Assembly (NCBI GenBank): GCA_040285855.1
Contig: JAUFOQ010000010.1
Coordinates: 62,001-126,000, forward strand
Source: Eukaryota sp. GEM-RC1
Lineage: Eukaryota
Length of the DNA stretch: 64,000 nt
Direction: 5' to 3'
Shown: positions 52,525 to 64,000 of the stretch, piece after piece
Layout of the letters: every line of letters starts with the position of its first letter
Numbering within the stretch: the stretch's first letter is position 1
Notes under the pieces: generated by a model
The model's database searches: none
The model's input: the letters and a program-made list of their open reading frames with translations, nothing else
Told to the model about the DNA's origin: nothing
Program-made: the position numbers and the translations under genes

Positions 52525-54473
52525 CAGGGCCTACGGAAAAATATTTAAATAAAATATGGCAAGCTTTTTCTTGAATAAATAAATATGAGTTATTCCAGGG
52601 ATACCGAAAAATATATTTTATTGCAAGAAATTGCAATATATTGCAATATATTGCATCACTTATGTTGTCATTTTCAAACAACTTTGAGGGTGCATGTAGA
52701 CATTGAATAATTAGCCAACATCAAAAAATTATTCTAACTACACTGACTTGTTTCAAAACTTACTTTATTCGGTACCCAATAAGGTAACCCTCTTGCAAAA
52801 TTATGAAATTGTAAAAACAAACAAAAAATACTAAGTCTAAATCCAGACAAAATGTTTAAAATGACACAAGTGTCATCCAAGCGTTGAATTTAAGCACTTT
52901 CAGATGTGTACTCCCTCACCCAAAATGCAATTCCTTACAATGTTTTCTTTTCACAATAAATTTTTGTTGTTCATCTATTTTCATTCACCAGAAAATCAAC
53001 TTCTGAGCCATTTCATTTGGTGTTTGTTTGACAAGTTCTGTATGTATCTGACCTGTAGACTGTTGACATTAAGTCGTATTGAACTGATAAAACAGCTACA
53101 TCATAGTTTATAGGAGCTACTATTTAGAAATAATGACCTTGAGAAGCATTAGCAACAGTACATCATCAAGATTCAACTTGTTCCTTGTGATATGTGGCTT
53201 CTCTGAGTCTGGATCAGAGAAAACATCTGTATACCAGCTGGAAACGGAACACGGTTGGATACATTAAGTGCAGACTGATCGGTAGATCATATCTCTTGAT
53301 GAATTGAAGCCAAAGTGCTAAAACCAACATCGAGACCAACAGTGTGTTATATGTGAAGTTCATGATGTAGGTAGGATGGAAAGTGGTGTGAAAGCAAGAT
53401 ATAAGAAAAAGTGAAAGACCAAAAGAAATGTAAGATGGTGTTCACTAACACACAAACAGTGAAAGCCGAACAATCATAACTAAATGCAGCAGCTGAATTT
53501 GGAAAGATTTTGAGTTTTTAGCTATGTGAAATATTGCAATATATTGCTATATTGATTGCAAGTTTCTGAATCTGCAATATATTTATTGCAATATTCCCAA
53601 AACGCAATATATTTATTGCAATTAAATATTCCTACAATATAACTGCAATATATTTTTCGGTATCCCTGAGTTATTCCCGATGAAGAAAATAAATAATTGC
53701 AATTATTTAATTTATTCATTCAATGGAAACAAGGATGCTACAACATTTCACAAACGTGATCTAACACGAACACTAGTACCTCTCCAGGTTTTGTGTGTTC
53801 TTATATCTCCCCAGATAGGTTTCAGTGTTAAGAAGGAATGATTTTAATGTAGACACAGTGTTCAATTCAACGAGAATGTGGTCAAACCAAAGCGATGTTT
53901 TCCAACAGTTACCGAACAACAGCAAACACATTTTCACATATTTGGATAGTTTCAGGGTTGGAAGAATACAATCAATACCACGGGATTAGCGGTTTTGTGT
54001 TACGAAGAGTAGAACTTTTTAAACCAATTTGGGCTGGCTCTATTTCGATAGGGGAATGAACTTTGTCAAGCCCAGAAAGAAGAAACGCCTTGTATTTACA
54101 CAGGATACCATCAATATTTACAACGGAGCTACCAAGACAACTACACCATCTCATATTCATGCTCAATTCTAAGAGATAGTTTAAAATTGAATCAAAAATT
54201 GTTCAGAAAGTGTACGCTTCTCTACTGCAATGAGTTCTGTATCTAGTCTCAGTACATGATAAAGACCATACTGAGTTGCAATGTGACGGACTGCAACATG
54301 TTGCAGTTTTCACCTTTATAGGTTGTCCAGTGAGAGAGCAAAAAAATATAAAAATAAGTTTTTATTTTCTGTTTTCACAAAATAAATAATGGAGAAACCC
54401 AACTTGAAAAAATAAATAAAGTATCATTATTTATTGTAAATATTTAAATACAAATATTTTTCCGTAGGCCCTG
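52525..54473. mobile_element. Middle non-autonomous hAT element
   Basis: TIR CAGGGCCTACGGAAAAATATTT; TSD aaactagt/agactagt (7 of 8 match). Confidence 0.9.
52596..53668. mobile_element. Inner non-autonomous hAT element, 1073 bp
   Basis: TIR CAGGGATACCGAAAAATATATT; TSD agttattc (52588-52595, 53669-53676); TTGCAATAT repeats. Confidence 0.93.
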
Positions 54474-54965
54474 AGACTAGTACAAGTGCGAAACAATTAG
54501 CAATTACTCTCATTAATTACGATACGTGACCAGTGAAAGTGACGTAACTGAAACATTAGGTGCACGTCTTTCAGAGAAATCACTCACTGAAACCAGAAAA
54601 ATGTTCTAATCGGTCTCCAAAAATATCTTTATTTATCGCAATATATCGGAATATTGTTGGCGACAGTCGATAAATATATCTTTCAGAATTGTTGGGTCAA
54701 TAAGATAACGATAACTAGATATATCGTTATCGAACAATAAGATTTTATCGATACACATTCCTGAGTTCAGGAAAAGTCACTGTTGACGTCAACACAATCA
54801 ATGAGAGTCTCTGAAAGACTTCTTCCAATGACTATATATTACTCACTTAGAAGCATTTGAACTAGTGAGTGTCACAGTCAATCAGTTATATCACTTGGTA
54901 CTAAATTTCTTTGGTAATCAGAACCATTAGATCTAGAGATTATGATCTACATGTGAGGCCGTCAC

Positions 54966-55040
54966 TAGCAGTGAGACTTACTCGAGTATTATTTGAGTAA
55001 TGACTCAGTAGTACTCGAGTACAGTAATTCCCCACTTCTA
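54966..55040. mobile_element. 75-bp micro hAT-type element
   Basis: TSD gccgtcac (54958-54965, 55041-55048); imperfect TIR TAGCAGTGAGACTTACT / AGTAATTCCCCACTTCTA. Confidence 0.75.
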
Positions 55041-55143
55041 GCCGTCACTTCCAAATTGGTGTCAGAGACGTTAATCAAGGTGTAGAAACATTTATGATCA
55101 ATCAGTCTATGTGAATGGTAGATGAATTCTTCAATCAATTCTT

Positions 55144-55800
55144 ATGTCAAATGACAATCTTCCACTGAACAATGGTTCTTCATTAGATGACGATGACGTA
55201 TCTGTTGTTTCATCTTCTTCGTTATCCTCTCCGAAACCTAACTTGGATCCATCGTCCCTTGTAGTCTCATCATTCCATTATCCTTCCAACTTGAAGATTC
55301 GTTTGCAGGAATCCCTGTTGATCTTGATACATCTGCATTTGATGAAACTTCTCTTGATATCGTCTCTTAAAGTCACTTATGCTGATCCTCGTCGTCCTTT
55401 TCTTTGTTTGAAAGAAAACTTGCCCACACTGATGAAAAAAGTTGGACATGTAAGCCATCGTTTCTTTGAATCAACTTGTCTTGCAGTAAAGGTGTTTTTC
55501 CAATCAAATACGTTTCCTGTAACTTCTTCTGACCTTTCTCAACTCTGTTCATTTGCTTCTTTTTTTGGAGCGGAGGTTCAATCGGTTTTCTTACATGTAG
55601 ACGGTACCTTTAATGTTGAAGAACTTTTAAATTATTCTCAATTTATTTCAGGATTGGAGGTTACTTTACAGAATGACAATCACTTGAAGTTTGTCAATAA
55701 TTCTTCTTATTACTTTCCACGTCTTAAGCAACTCGATGTAAGAGTTGAACCTGGTATATCTATGTCGTTTATCGAATTGTTGAAAGTCAATAATACTATA
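55144..55800 (+). pseudogene. Truncated paralog of the LRR gene at 36600
   Basis: Shares CSFASFF.AEVQSVFLHVDG and PRLKQL; homology stops at the first repeat (LKVNNTI). Confidence 0.8.
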
Positions 55801-56015
55801 TTAGTCAGTCTCATATTTAAATATTTAAATAAACGTACGTTTTTGATTTCTATTTTGAACAGACTTCTAATAACCTTGAACACGGAAACACCGATCTGCT
55901 ACTTCATTAACTTTGATTGCAAGCCTTGGCATACCGATACTTCAGCTGAACTCTGGTATTATTTTTATGGCTTTGGCACGGAACGAGCCAACAGCAAAAT
56001 GAAAAATACGTAATA

Positions 56016-57120
56016 TCGTCGAGGTCCCAATACAAGCAACCTTAAAAACTATACAAGCATACCCTTTACTATGCTTGTATTGGGACCTGCTTGTATTAGG
56101 GACCTTTAAATCCATCTTTTCTATAATTGAAGATTCTTCAGTACCCCAACATTGAATTTGAAGATGTATAATTTCAATCAGTAATCTTTTAGGTATCTTT
56201 GTCAATCTATAAGATAGTTTAGTACTAATCCATTGAAACACTAAAACATGCATATGCTACTGTATCAATTTGTTGGTCAGACAAGTGTGGCTTTAAACAG
56301 ATTTAATATCTGCCATATTTACTTCAAGAAGGCGTCACTTCCCTAAGACCAGTGTCTATTATATTGAACTTATAGACTTGTAGCGGCAATTTCGAAACTT
56401 CATTGTTCCAATACATGTATTTCCTATAACGATAACAATTGCTACTTCTCTACTTGTACATCGGAATTTCCAGTAATTGTTAGCATTGTGTTCTCCGTAT
56501 AACTACACATAGACTTTAAAAAACATATTTCTAAGTGTACCTCTTAAAGCAACAAAGTGGTGGTGGTGTGTATTACTCAAACACTGTGGTGACTCTGTAA
56601 CAAAACTGAAAAGGCTGTATATTCTTGGACTATTGAATGCTAGTGTATTAACTATGGATAACAGACTCCTCCTGTAAAATACGATACCGAAGAGCTAACA
56701 CTTTGCATGTGCTTGAAATGTGGTGTTTGCAAAAGCAGCTTTTTCGACACCGGTTTAACACGACAAAAGTATGAGATATAGATGTATCTGATTTAATCAA
56801 AGATGAAAACAACAACAACAAGTAACAAAGTTGTATTTCAAGAGTTTTGGTCTATTTTTGGTTCTGTTTGTTAATTGGTGCAGCAAGTTATCTGATACAG
56901 AGCCGCGTATATAATTACACATTTTACACACACAACCTGTGTACAATCATACTGAGTGGACCAGAGTAAGTGAAATTTCTAAAATTCTTGCAAAATGTCT
57001 GAGATTTTAGATCGAAATCCATGATTGTTTAAAAAAACTTTGAGTTCATTAGGGAAACAATACAAGCATATCCTCTTCTATGCTTGTATTGGGACCTTGC
57101 TTGTATTAGGACCTCGACGA
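56016..57120. mobile_element. Non-autonomous Tc1/pogo-type element
   Basis: TIR TCGTCGAGGTCCYAATACAAGCAA flanked by TA on both sides; internal tgcttgtattggg repeats resemble those of the pogo at 22.6-23.7 kb. Confidence 0.88.
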
Positions 57121-57499
57121 TATATACGAAAGGTGCTTGTGTTTACAGATCTTCAGCTTCAAAATTTTGGATATCTGTGCTTTAACTAGATGCGAATATT
57201 CATCATTCATTGGAAGCTGTGTTTATGTTGTGCTACATTCAGTTTTTACATTATTATAGATGTGAAGGACATAAATAGACATCAAAATCATAACTAGACA
57301 CAGAAATTTTCGAACCTCCATCACCACAGATCATATCCCACTTAGTGAGAATTGACGAAGAAATTTGGGTGTCGATCGGAACAAAGAAAAACCAAACGAT
57401 TTTGCCAAGATTTTGTATTGTTTATGTGTTTGATTATACCACTGTGCAGAATGCAATGAGATCAAATTGAAAACAGAAAAATCCAATATGATTGTTAAT

Positions 57500-57960
57500 T
57501 ATTTTTTTTTGAAGGACATGTTGCAACGTGGTTTTACTAGGTCGCTAATATTTCGTAGCAATTACATGGATCAGGGACCAAACAAGTTCAAAACTTCACA
57601 AGGATCAATTGAAACAAGATCCACAACAAGCATTGAACCATTCATCTGAGCAAAGTAACGCTTTCAATAAATTTCAATGGTATTGTTACGCATATTGATC
57701 TCACAAACTTCATCAGATCAGTGGAATCCAAACACCTTAGGAATTTGAAAAATAAATCCAGAAGGTCTACTATTACAAAGTCAATTAAAAAAGCAGCGAA
57801 CTCGGGACTACTAGTTTTAGCCAAGCTAATACGTTTAGTAAAGTGAAAGAGTTCAAACTCCTTAGTCAATTGATTATACAGTTTACATACAGATGGCAGA
57901 GATGAAATATTTTTTAAAGGAGTCTCCTTTAAGTGAGCATGGTACATCGATTCCCACATT
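57500..57960 (-). mobile_element. Degenerate RLE retroelement fragment
   Basis: RISLAKTSSPEFAAFLID and MLVVDLVSIDP resemble the corresponding segments of the 42-kb element. Confidence 0.55.
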
Positions 57961-58371
57961 TGAAGACTAGAGATACTGACCTATTGGTATGTCTACTGAC
58001 TGATGAGACTAATCCTAAAATTAATGAAAATTTACTTTAAAATTAGTCTCAGTGAGATTAATCAGACAAACGAGTGTCTTGCAGTAGTTTGTAGTGTTAG
58101 TAGTTCTTTCTATTGTTTTCCCTATATCAGATCGCTATTTTATTTTGACTTTGCTTTTTCTGTGAAGATACAGGTTCTGCCTCTCCATCAACTAATTGAC
58201 ACTGACACTTTTAGATTACTTTTAGAGTTTGAACGTTGATTTACCAATACTGCCAGCATTCAAAACTAAACTGAAACATGAATTATGTTGTAGAAGACTT
58301 AACAAAGACTGCAACTATAGTAAAAGAGTATTATATACAAAGAAAAGTAAATTTACAATGAATACAAATTC

Positions 58372-59756
58372 CTATGGCAAACACATTCCTCCCCATTCTA
58401 GTACACTATTGACTCGTCCACTGGAAGCAAACTCTCCTTCATAAGGATCCCTCAAACCAGTATCAGTGATAGATCTATCAGTAGATCTAAAGACAAGAAA
58501 ATACCTATATATCGGAATACTGGTACTTCCGTTGATGATAATCTGTAGTGTAGCTAATTTCTGAATTAGAGTTGGATTGACAAAGGCGAGCTCAATGTTT
58601 TGAGATGATAAACTCTCCATGTGTGGTTGCCAATACGTGACCATCTCCGTAGCCTCTGGGACTTTAAACCCAAAAGCAAGCAAGTTTTGATGTAGAACAA
58701 GCGCTGCTTGCTGACGTAACACAACTGTTGAATTAGCAAACTGATCGGCAAACACAGAATATCCTTCAGAGCTTTCAGATTCCCAGAAAAGAGAAGCTAC
58801 GGGAGGGTATTGAGGATGATGGACGTGACCAAATTGATCAATTCTAAGATCTCTCCAAGTAATAGCATGCGATCCTTCTTTTCTGAATATGGATAAACAT
58901 GGGTGAGACTCCACACCTTTGAATCCAGCACCAGCTGCACACAAACATTCTCCCATGAAGAATCAAGTGGAGGTCTAAAAACAATGACAGGTTTCCCCCC
59001 TCTAAGTCTCAAAACTAAATGTACAGTGGCATTGTGACAAATTCCAGATTCTACAAGAGATTCCAGATCATCCAACAACCTCCCCGCGAACACCAGGCGT
59101 TGTTGATCTGGGGGAACTCCCTCTTTGGCCTGGATAAGCAGCTTAGCCTCATAAGCTATCATGTTCTCAGTGGCTTCGATGGGAAACTTCTTGTGGGTGA
59201 GAGTTTCGACATTGAACTTGAGTCTAATGTCACGTTTGTTCTTGGTTAACCACAACAAACTCAAGTGGCTAACTCCAAAGTCTTTGAGAGTTCCATTCCC
59301 TCGAAGAACACGGACGCTGTACCCGGCCTCTGGTGTAACGAGTCGTTGTTCATCAGGATCTAGGTTGAATTGTTGCTGTATGAGAGATCTCAAGTCTGAG
59401 AGAGATGCAGTAGTGGAGATTGTGAAAGTGGTGTACTTTCGAGTCATTGAGTTCGCTATAAAGACTGTTTGAACATCATTAGTTGGAGAGGGTTTTACTC
59501 TGAATAGATAGAACAAGCTGGTGTTTGGGCATGAGTTGAGTGTACGTTTGTTCCCCACAACACAGTGTAAAGCTGTATCTAGATAAACTTGCTCATACTG
59601 GGGAATTCTTGTTTGTGACTCTACAAAGAGCTTGAGTTCCGAGAGTTTGGATGCTGAAGGAACGTTGAATTCCAATGACGTTCCATTTTCAAGCTCCAGA
59701 GTAACTGTATGTTCGATAGGTGTTTCAGATATACAGGATTGCAGATTAGCTGCCAT
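58372..59756 (-). CDS. Triple ubiquitin-like domain protein fused via LRLRGG to a KPVI...EWGG domain
   Basis: Third domain KEGVPPDQQRLVFAG...VHLVLRLRGG, then KPVIVF...SLFWE...EMVTYW...VLEWGGM; frameshift at T4 58879-58882. Confidence 0.85.
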
Positions 59757-61625
59757 AGGAGAAAGTTGTCTTTGACAGTGAAAAAACAATGAAGTTTGGT
59801 TTTGAAATGAAATGTATGAACAACATCGAGGTCTACATCTAATGTTGGGTTTCATCCTATTGAAAACACATTCAGTTTGTTCTTTTGTATTTGAACAACA
59901 AGTCTTTAACAAACAGATCCAATCAATGCACTGTTACAGAATTGGTTTTTGAAGGTTGATCTATTCAGGAGCCTGATCAAACGCTTCTTTACAGAAATCC
60001 TCTTCTTACAAGATAACTGCAATGTCAGTTCAAAAATGACCATCGCTTTCCTTTAACCAACCTCAACACATATCCTTTATTTACATTGAACTTCTTATTC
60101 TCTAAAGACCTTGCTATCTTTGTTTTCACACACTTCCTCCTTATTTTATTTCTTCAGTTCCCTGATCACGTGTCTAGAGATGACGTTTCCGATTCTTCAC
60201 GGTTTCTCTCTTTGTAAGTGCGTTGTTTTCATTTTTCACGTATGTGGTGGAAGGAATTTCCACCACCGTTAAATTCGATTCTTCATTCATCAATGATTTA
60301 GATGAAATTCATTAAACACTTCTACACCGGCAGCAGTGATTAGTCTCACTGAGACTATTTATGTAGTGAGACTAATCATGTCCTCAAAAATTTGTTGTCG
60401 GAGTGGATGAGCAGCAGTCATGTTTCTTAAAGAACGTATCTTTATCAATAAAACTACTCTAATGTATAGCAAACATCATTGTCACTCATTAAATCAATGA
60501 TCTCTTTTTCTGATTCTTCACTCTTCTTTCCTCAAAATACTCTGCAAACTTTGTTGAAGTCATAAAACAATTCTTGGCTGTTCGATATGCCACTCGAGGA
60601 TCTTTATCACCAATCAATTTTGAAGTTCGTTTAAAAAGTCAACTTGACTACAAATGTCATTCCTTCAGAGCCACTAACAACATCAGTATATCGCACTTCC
60701 AATAAAACTCGAGTCTTATTTGTTGTCCATATCAATTCGAAAATGAGTTTCATCAACATTGCAAATTTGACGGTCATCTAATCCTTGAGCAAACATTCTC
60801 GATACATTTCCTTAAATTTTAAATTTTAATTTTTTTAACAGCTCTTTCAATTTCTTCCTGTTTCACTGCACCAACAGACAGTCTTTTCCCGTAATAATAA
60901 TAGATAATAAATTTGTGACTATACTAGTATGTTATAAAGGTAAACTCTCTCCTTTACGTAGACGAGCGACATTTAAATCAGAAGAAATGAATATGTAGTG
61001 TTGGAAAACCATCAATAGATACTTTATCACAAAAAAAAGATTATGAAACCGAAATTGGTGGATGTGCTGAGTCTTATAAGGTTGGTAATCAAATGGTATT
61101 TATTGAAGATACATTGATCGTTTTGACTCAAGATAACAATAAGCTAGATACGGTATTTACTTGAACAACATAAATTATTTAGTCATTTTAATAATTCAAC
61201 AGAAAGTTCTTCAGTGATTCTGTATGAATTAATCGGATTGTGTTTGCGCTACACAAAGCATCCATAAGTATCCACTCATTCGAAGTTGTATACGGACAGG
61301 TTTCGTGTGATGTGGAGAATTTGCATTTTCTTTATTGGTGGGTATTAATTTAATGTTACAACTAGTGGATCCACTAGTTGAGAGGGAAATACAATTACAA
61401 TAATACGACGTCTAAAAATAAGCCAAACTAATTACCTTTTTGGACAGTATACAGTAGTTATTGTTGAATGTCAGTCAGACCTGTACATATAAAATACTAT
61501 ATATAAAACGGTGTGAAGATGTAGTAGCTTTTTGATAACAGAATGTATTATTGTGTATAGGCAAATAAAAGTCTTTTATACCCAATAGGTAAGTCTAAAC
61601 AAATCTCATATAAAAATGACTAAGT

Positions 61626-63290
61626 TTAATTCAATGCCAGTGATTGAATTTCACGTTCATTTAAACCAAGTTGAATCAAGAATTCTTCACCAACCACTAA
61701 CTCAAAATTTTGAGGTAACTCTGAAACTCTGTCAGGACTTGCCAACTTCTTATTGCTGTAAAGATAAAGGTCACCTTTTTCCAGGGTGAGGTGATTGAAT
61801 GCAGTTTTAATTTTATCGAAAGCAATTTCATACTTTCGATATAATCCAGCGAGTGACTCAGTTCTATCATTATTACTAAGAAAGTTACCATGAATTAACT
61901 TTGAATGATGGCCTCCCAATTTGACCTGAATGCAGTGAAGTTTTAATTTGCGTTGATCAAATGACTCCAAATAAAAACCATAGATATCTCTGCTCACACT
62001 CATACGGACAACATTGTGTTCAAAAAATGATATATCAACATCTGCAAGTGACTGTCCATTGAAAACATAGTTTCTCTCTATATATTGAATTTTTTCATCT
62101 GAAACTGATTTACCAGTCAAAGTGGCAATCACATAGGGCTCAGCTTCAACTCCCGTACTACCACCAATATGAGGGTGTAACAAAGTGCGCAAAGCAAACA
62201 GAAATAAATCGTCTTCTCTGTGAAAATATTCTTTCAACAAATCCAAATGTTTTGGAAACGTGAGTTCGTAGCCCATTTCAATTTGTACAATTAACGACTT
62301 ATCTTGAAAATAAGCCATATCGTCTACAGACATGTTCATCATGTTAACTTTAAAACGTGAAAGCTTATAATTATCATTTGCAGCATAAAAGAACAAAGTG
62401 CTTCAAACTTGGGGTTGTCCAAGGCCTTGAAAAGGCCACTTGGATCAAATTGACAGTTTGAAGAAATATAGTCAACAATGTTCTTAAAAACTCCTCCAGT
62501 GCATTTAAAAGCTTCATCATAATTACTGATTCCGTGATTGGGAAAAACACTGTCACAATAGTTTTTAAACTCTGTTATATCTCGGATTGGTAACAATCTT
62601 TGTGCTAGAAAAACTGTTTGATTAAGTGATCGAAAACCTTTTCTCCGCCAATAACTGTCTGCGGTATTAAAAGCACGATCGAAAAGCAAAGCTGTTGAAC
62701 CAGTAAGAATAGAGTAAGTTGAAGGTTCTTTACCAAACAAGGCTAACTCACTGATAGTTCTAATTGCGGCATCTCTATTCAAGTGTTCGTAAACTAAATT
62801 AATTTCATCAAGTAAAAGAACAATTGGTGAATAAGAAATTTTTTGGTTGGAAAGAAGATCATCAACTGTTTTGAGATTGTCTTCGGATTTTTCACAGTCG
62901 TGAAGAATTGTCAAGTAATTAGGAAACATTAAACAACTGAAGAAAAAAACGGCACGCAGGAAAGTTGATTTTCCAACTCCAATAGGTCCTTGAAGACACA
63001 ATGAACCACTTCCACCACCACGTTCTTTTGACGGAAGATTGTACAAGCAGATCAGAGCACTAGAAAGAAGGGAATACCAGGAGGGTGTGCCATAGAAAAT
63101 AGGGAGTGATAGGTTAAAACTAGACTGTGGTCAAAGGAAAAAGGAACGTAATAATCTCCAGCAATTGGCGATCAATGAATTGAGATCGTGTCCATTGCTT
63201 AAAGCGGTCAAGATCTGATGTTTAACCTTTTGGAGATCATCGTTCTGTTCAAAAAGATGCACAATTGAAGTGGAATAGATGGTCATGATT
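61626..63290 (-). CDS. Crinkler-type NTPase + restriction-like nuclease protein; frameshifted, 5' end degenerate
   Basis: Walker A LQGPIGVGKST, Walker B VLLLDEIN, ILTGS, TGG; C-terminal D...IQVKLG PD-(D/E)xK-like motif. Confidence 0.7.
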
Positions 63291-64000
63291 TGTGAAAAAG
63301 TTCAAATTCCATCTCATTGCTCCTCAAGCCAATGATGGCCAATACTACATCTTCCTTATAAGATCGTCCTCTCCAGTCCAATTTTCACAACTCGTACTGT
63401 CAACACTCACTTACTCGACCTCATCTTTATGTCCTCTCTCGAAGAAGATCTTTGAGATTCCTGCCTCGTTTAACAAAGGAACTTCCTTCCTTCTTTGAAA
63501 AACTTGGTTACTTGAGTCCACCCGTTTGGAATTCAAAGCGGAAATGTCAAGGATTTGCTACTGTGACTTGCTTCTTTCTTCGGAGCAGACAATGTTCTTA
63601 AGAAGTTGTTTTCTTACACGTGGACTGCTGTTTCGACCCTGAAGCTATTCTGTCATGACGTGACGTGATTTCAGAAATATATTTGAATATTGAACTTGCT
63701 ACGGACTTCAACTTTTTGAGCTTTTCTTCTCCCTGTTTCTTCCACAACTTAAACTTAACGATCTCTTTGTGGTAGAAGCAAATGATTCTGATGCAGATTC
63801 TGATCACCAAATCATTAAATTATTGACTGAATCACTCCAGTTCTTTAATTAAAAATTTAAAATTTTAAGTTTTTAAAAAATTGAACTGGAGTGGTAACTA
63901 AGTAAACTTAAGTATTCTTACTGACATTAATCTCAGTAGAAACTTTATTTCTCCCTAAAAGATGCGGTAGCTTTAGGTTCGTGGTTAAGATTAAATACTA

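Larger units (their letters stand above)
51665..54763. mobile_element. Outer non-autonomous hAT element
   Basis: TIR CAGGAATGTGTAT; TSD agttcagg (51657-51664, 54764-54771); ATCGAT-rich subtermini. Confidence 0.92.

Noticed and set aside
21062..62397. Programmed ribosomal frameshifting as a general mechanism
   Set aside because: Shifts go in both directions at assorted homopolymers with no common motif; assembly error is more parsimonious.

Overview
AT-rich eukaryotic (protist-like) genomic DNA; the taxon cannot be fixed from sequence alone. Small islands of compact host genes sit in a matrix of decayed transposons. Host genes: a Tup1-like WD40 corepressor, splicing factor SF1/BBP head-to-head with a kinesin, RNI/NLRC3-type LRR genes, a coiled-coil gene head-to-head with an eIF4B-like RRM gene, an ATP10-like/ORF/DUF3006 cluster, an NVL/Rix7 AAA+ ATPase, a triple-ubiquitin-like fusion protein, and Crinkler-type NTPase genes at both window ends. 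Mobile DNA: at least seven complete hAT-type non-autonomous elements with readable 8-bp TSDs (three nested), pogo/Tc1-type elements, many 5'-truncated RLE (CRE/R2-superclade-like) non-LTR retroelements, and LTR/TRIM remnants. Two tiny GT-AG introns (28 and 32 nt) are well supported. Most conserved genes carry 1-nt frameshifts at homopolymers, best read as long-read assembly errors. Leading unexplained signals: strong clustered enrichment of GATGACGT/ATCACGTG in coding and non-coding DNA, a 2A-like peptide fused to a SENP8-like protease remnant, a Ub-LRGG fusion to a KPVI...EWGG domain, and a prokaryote-type DUF3006 gene in an operon-like cluster.
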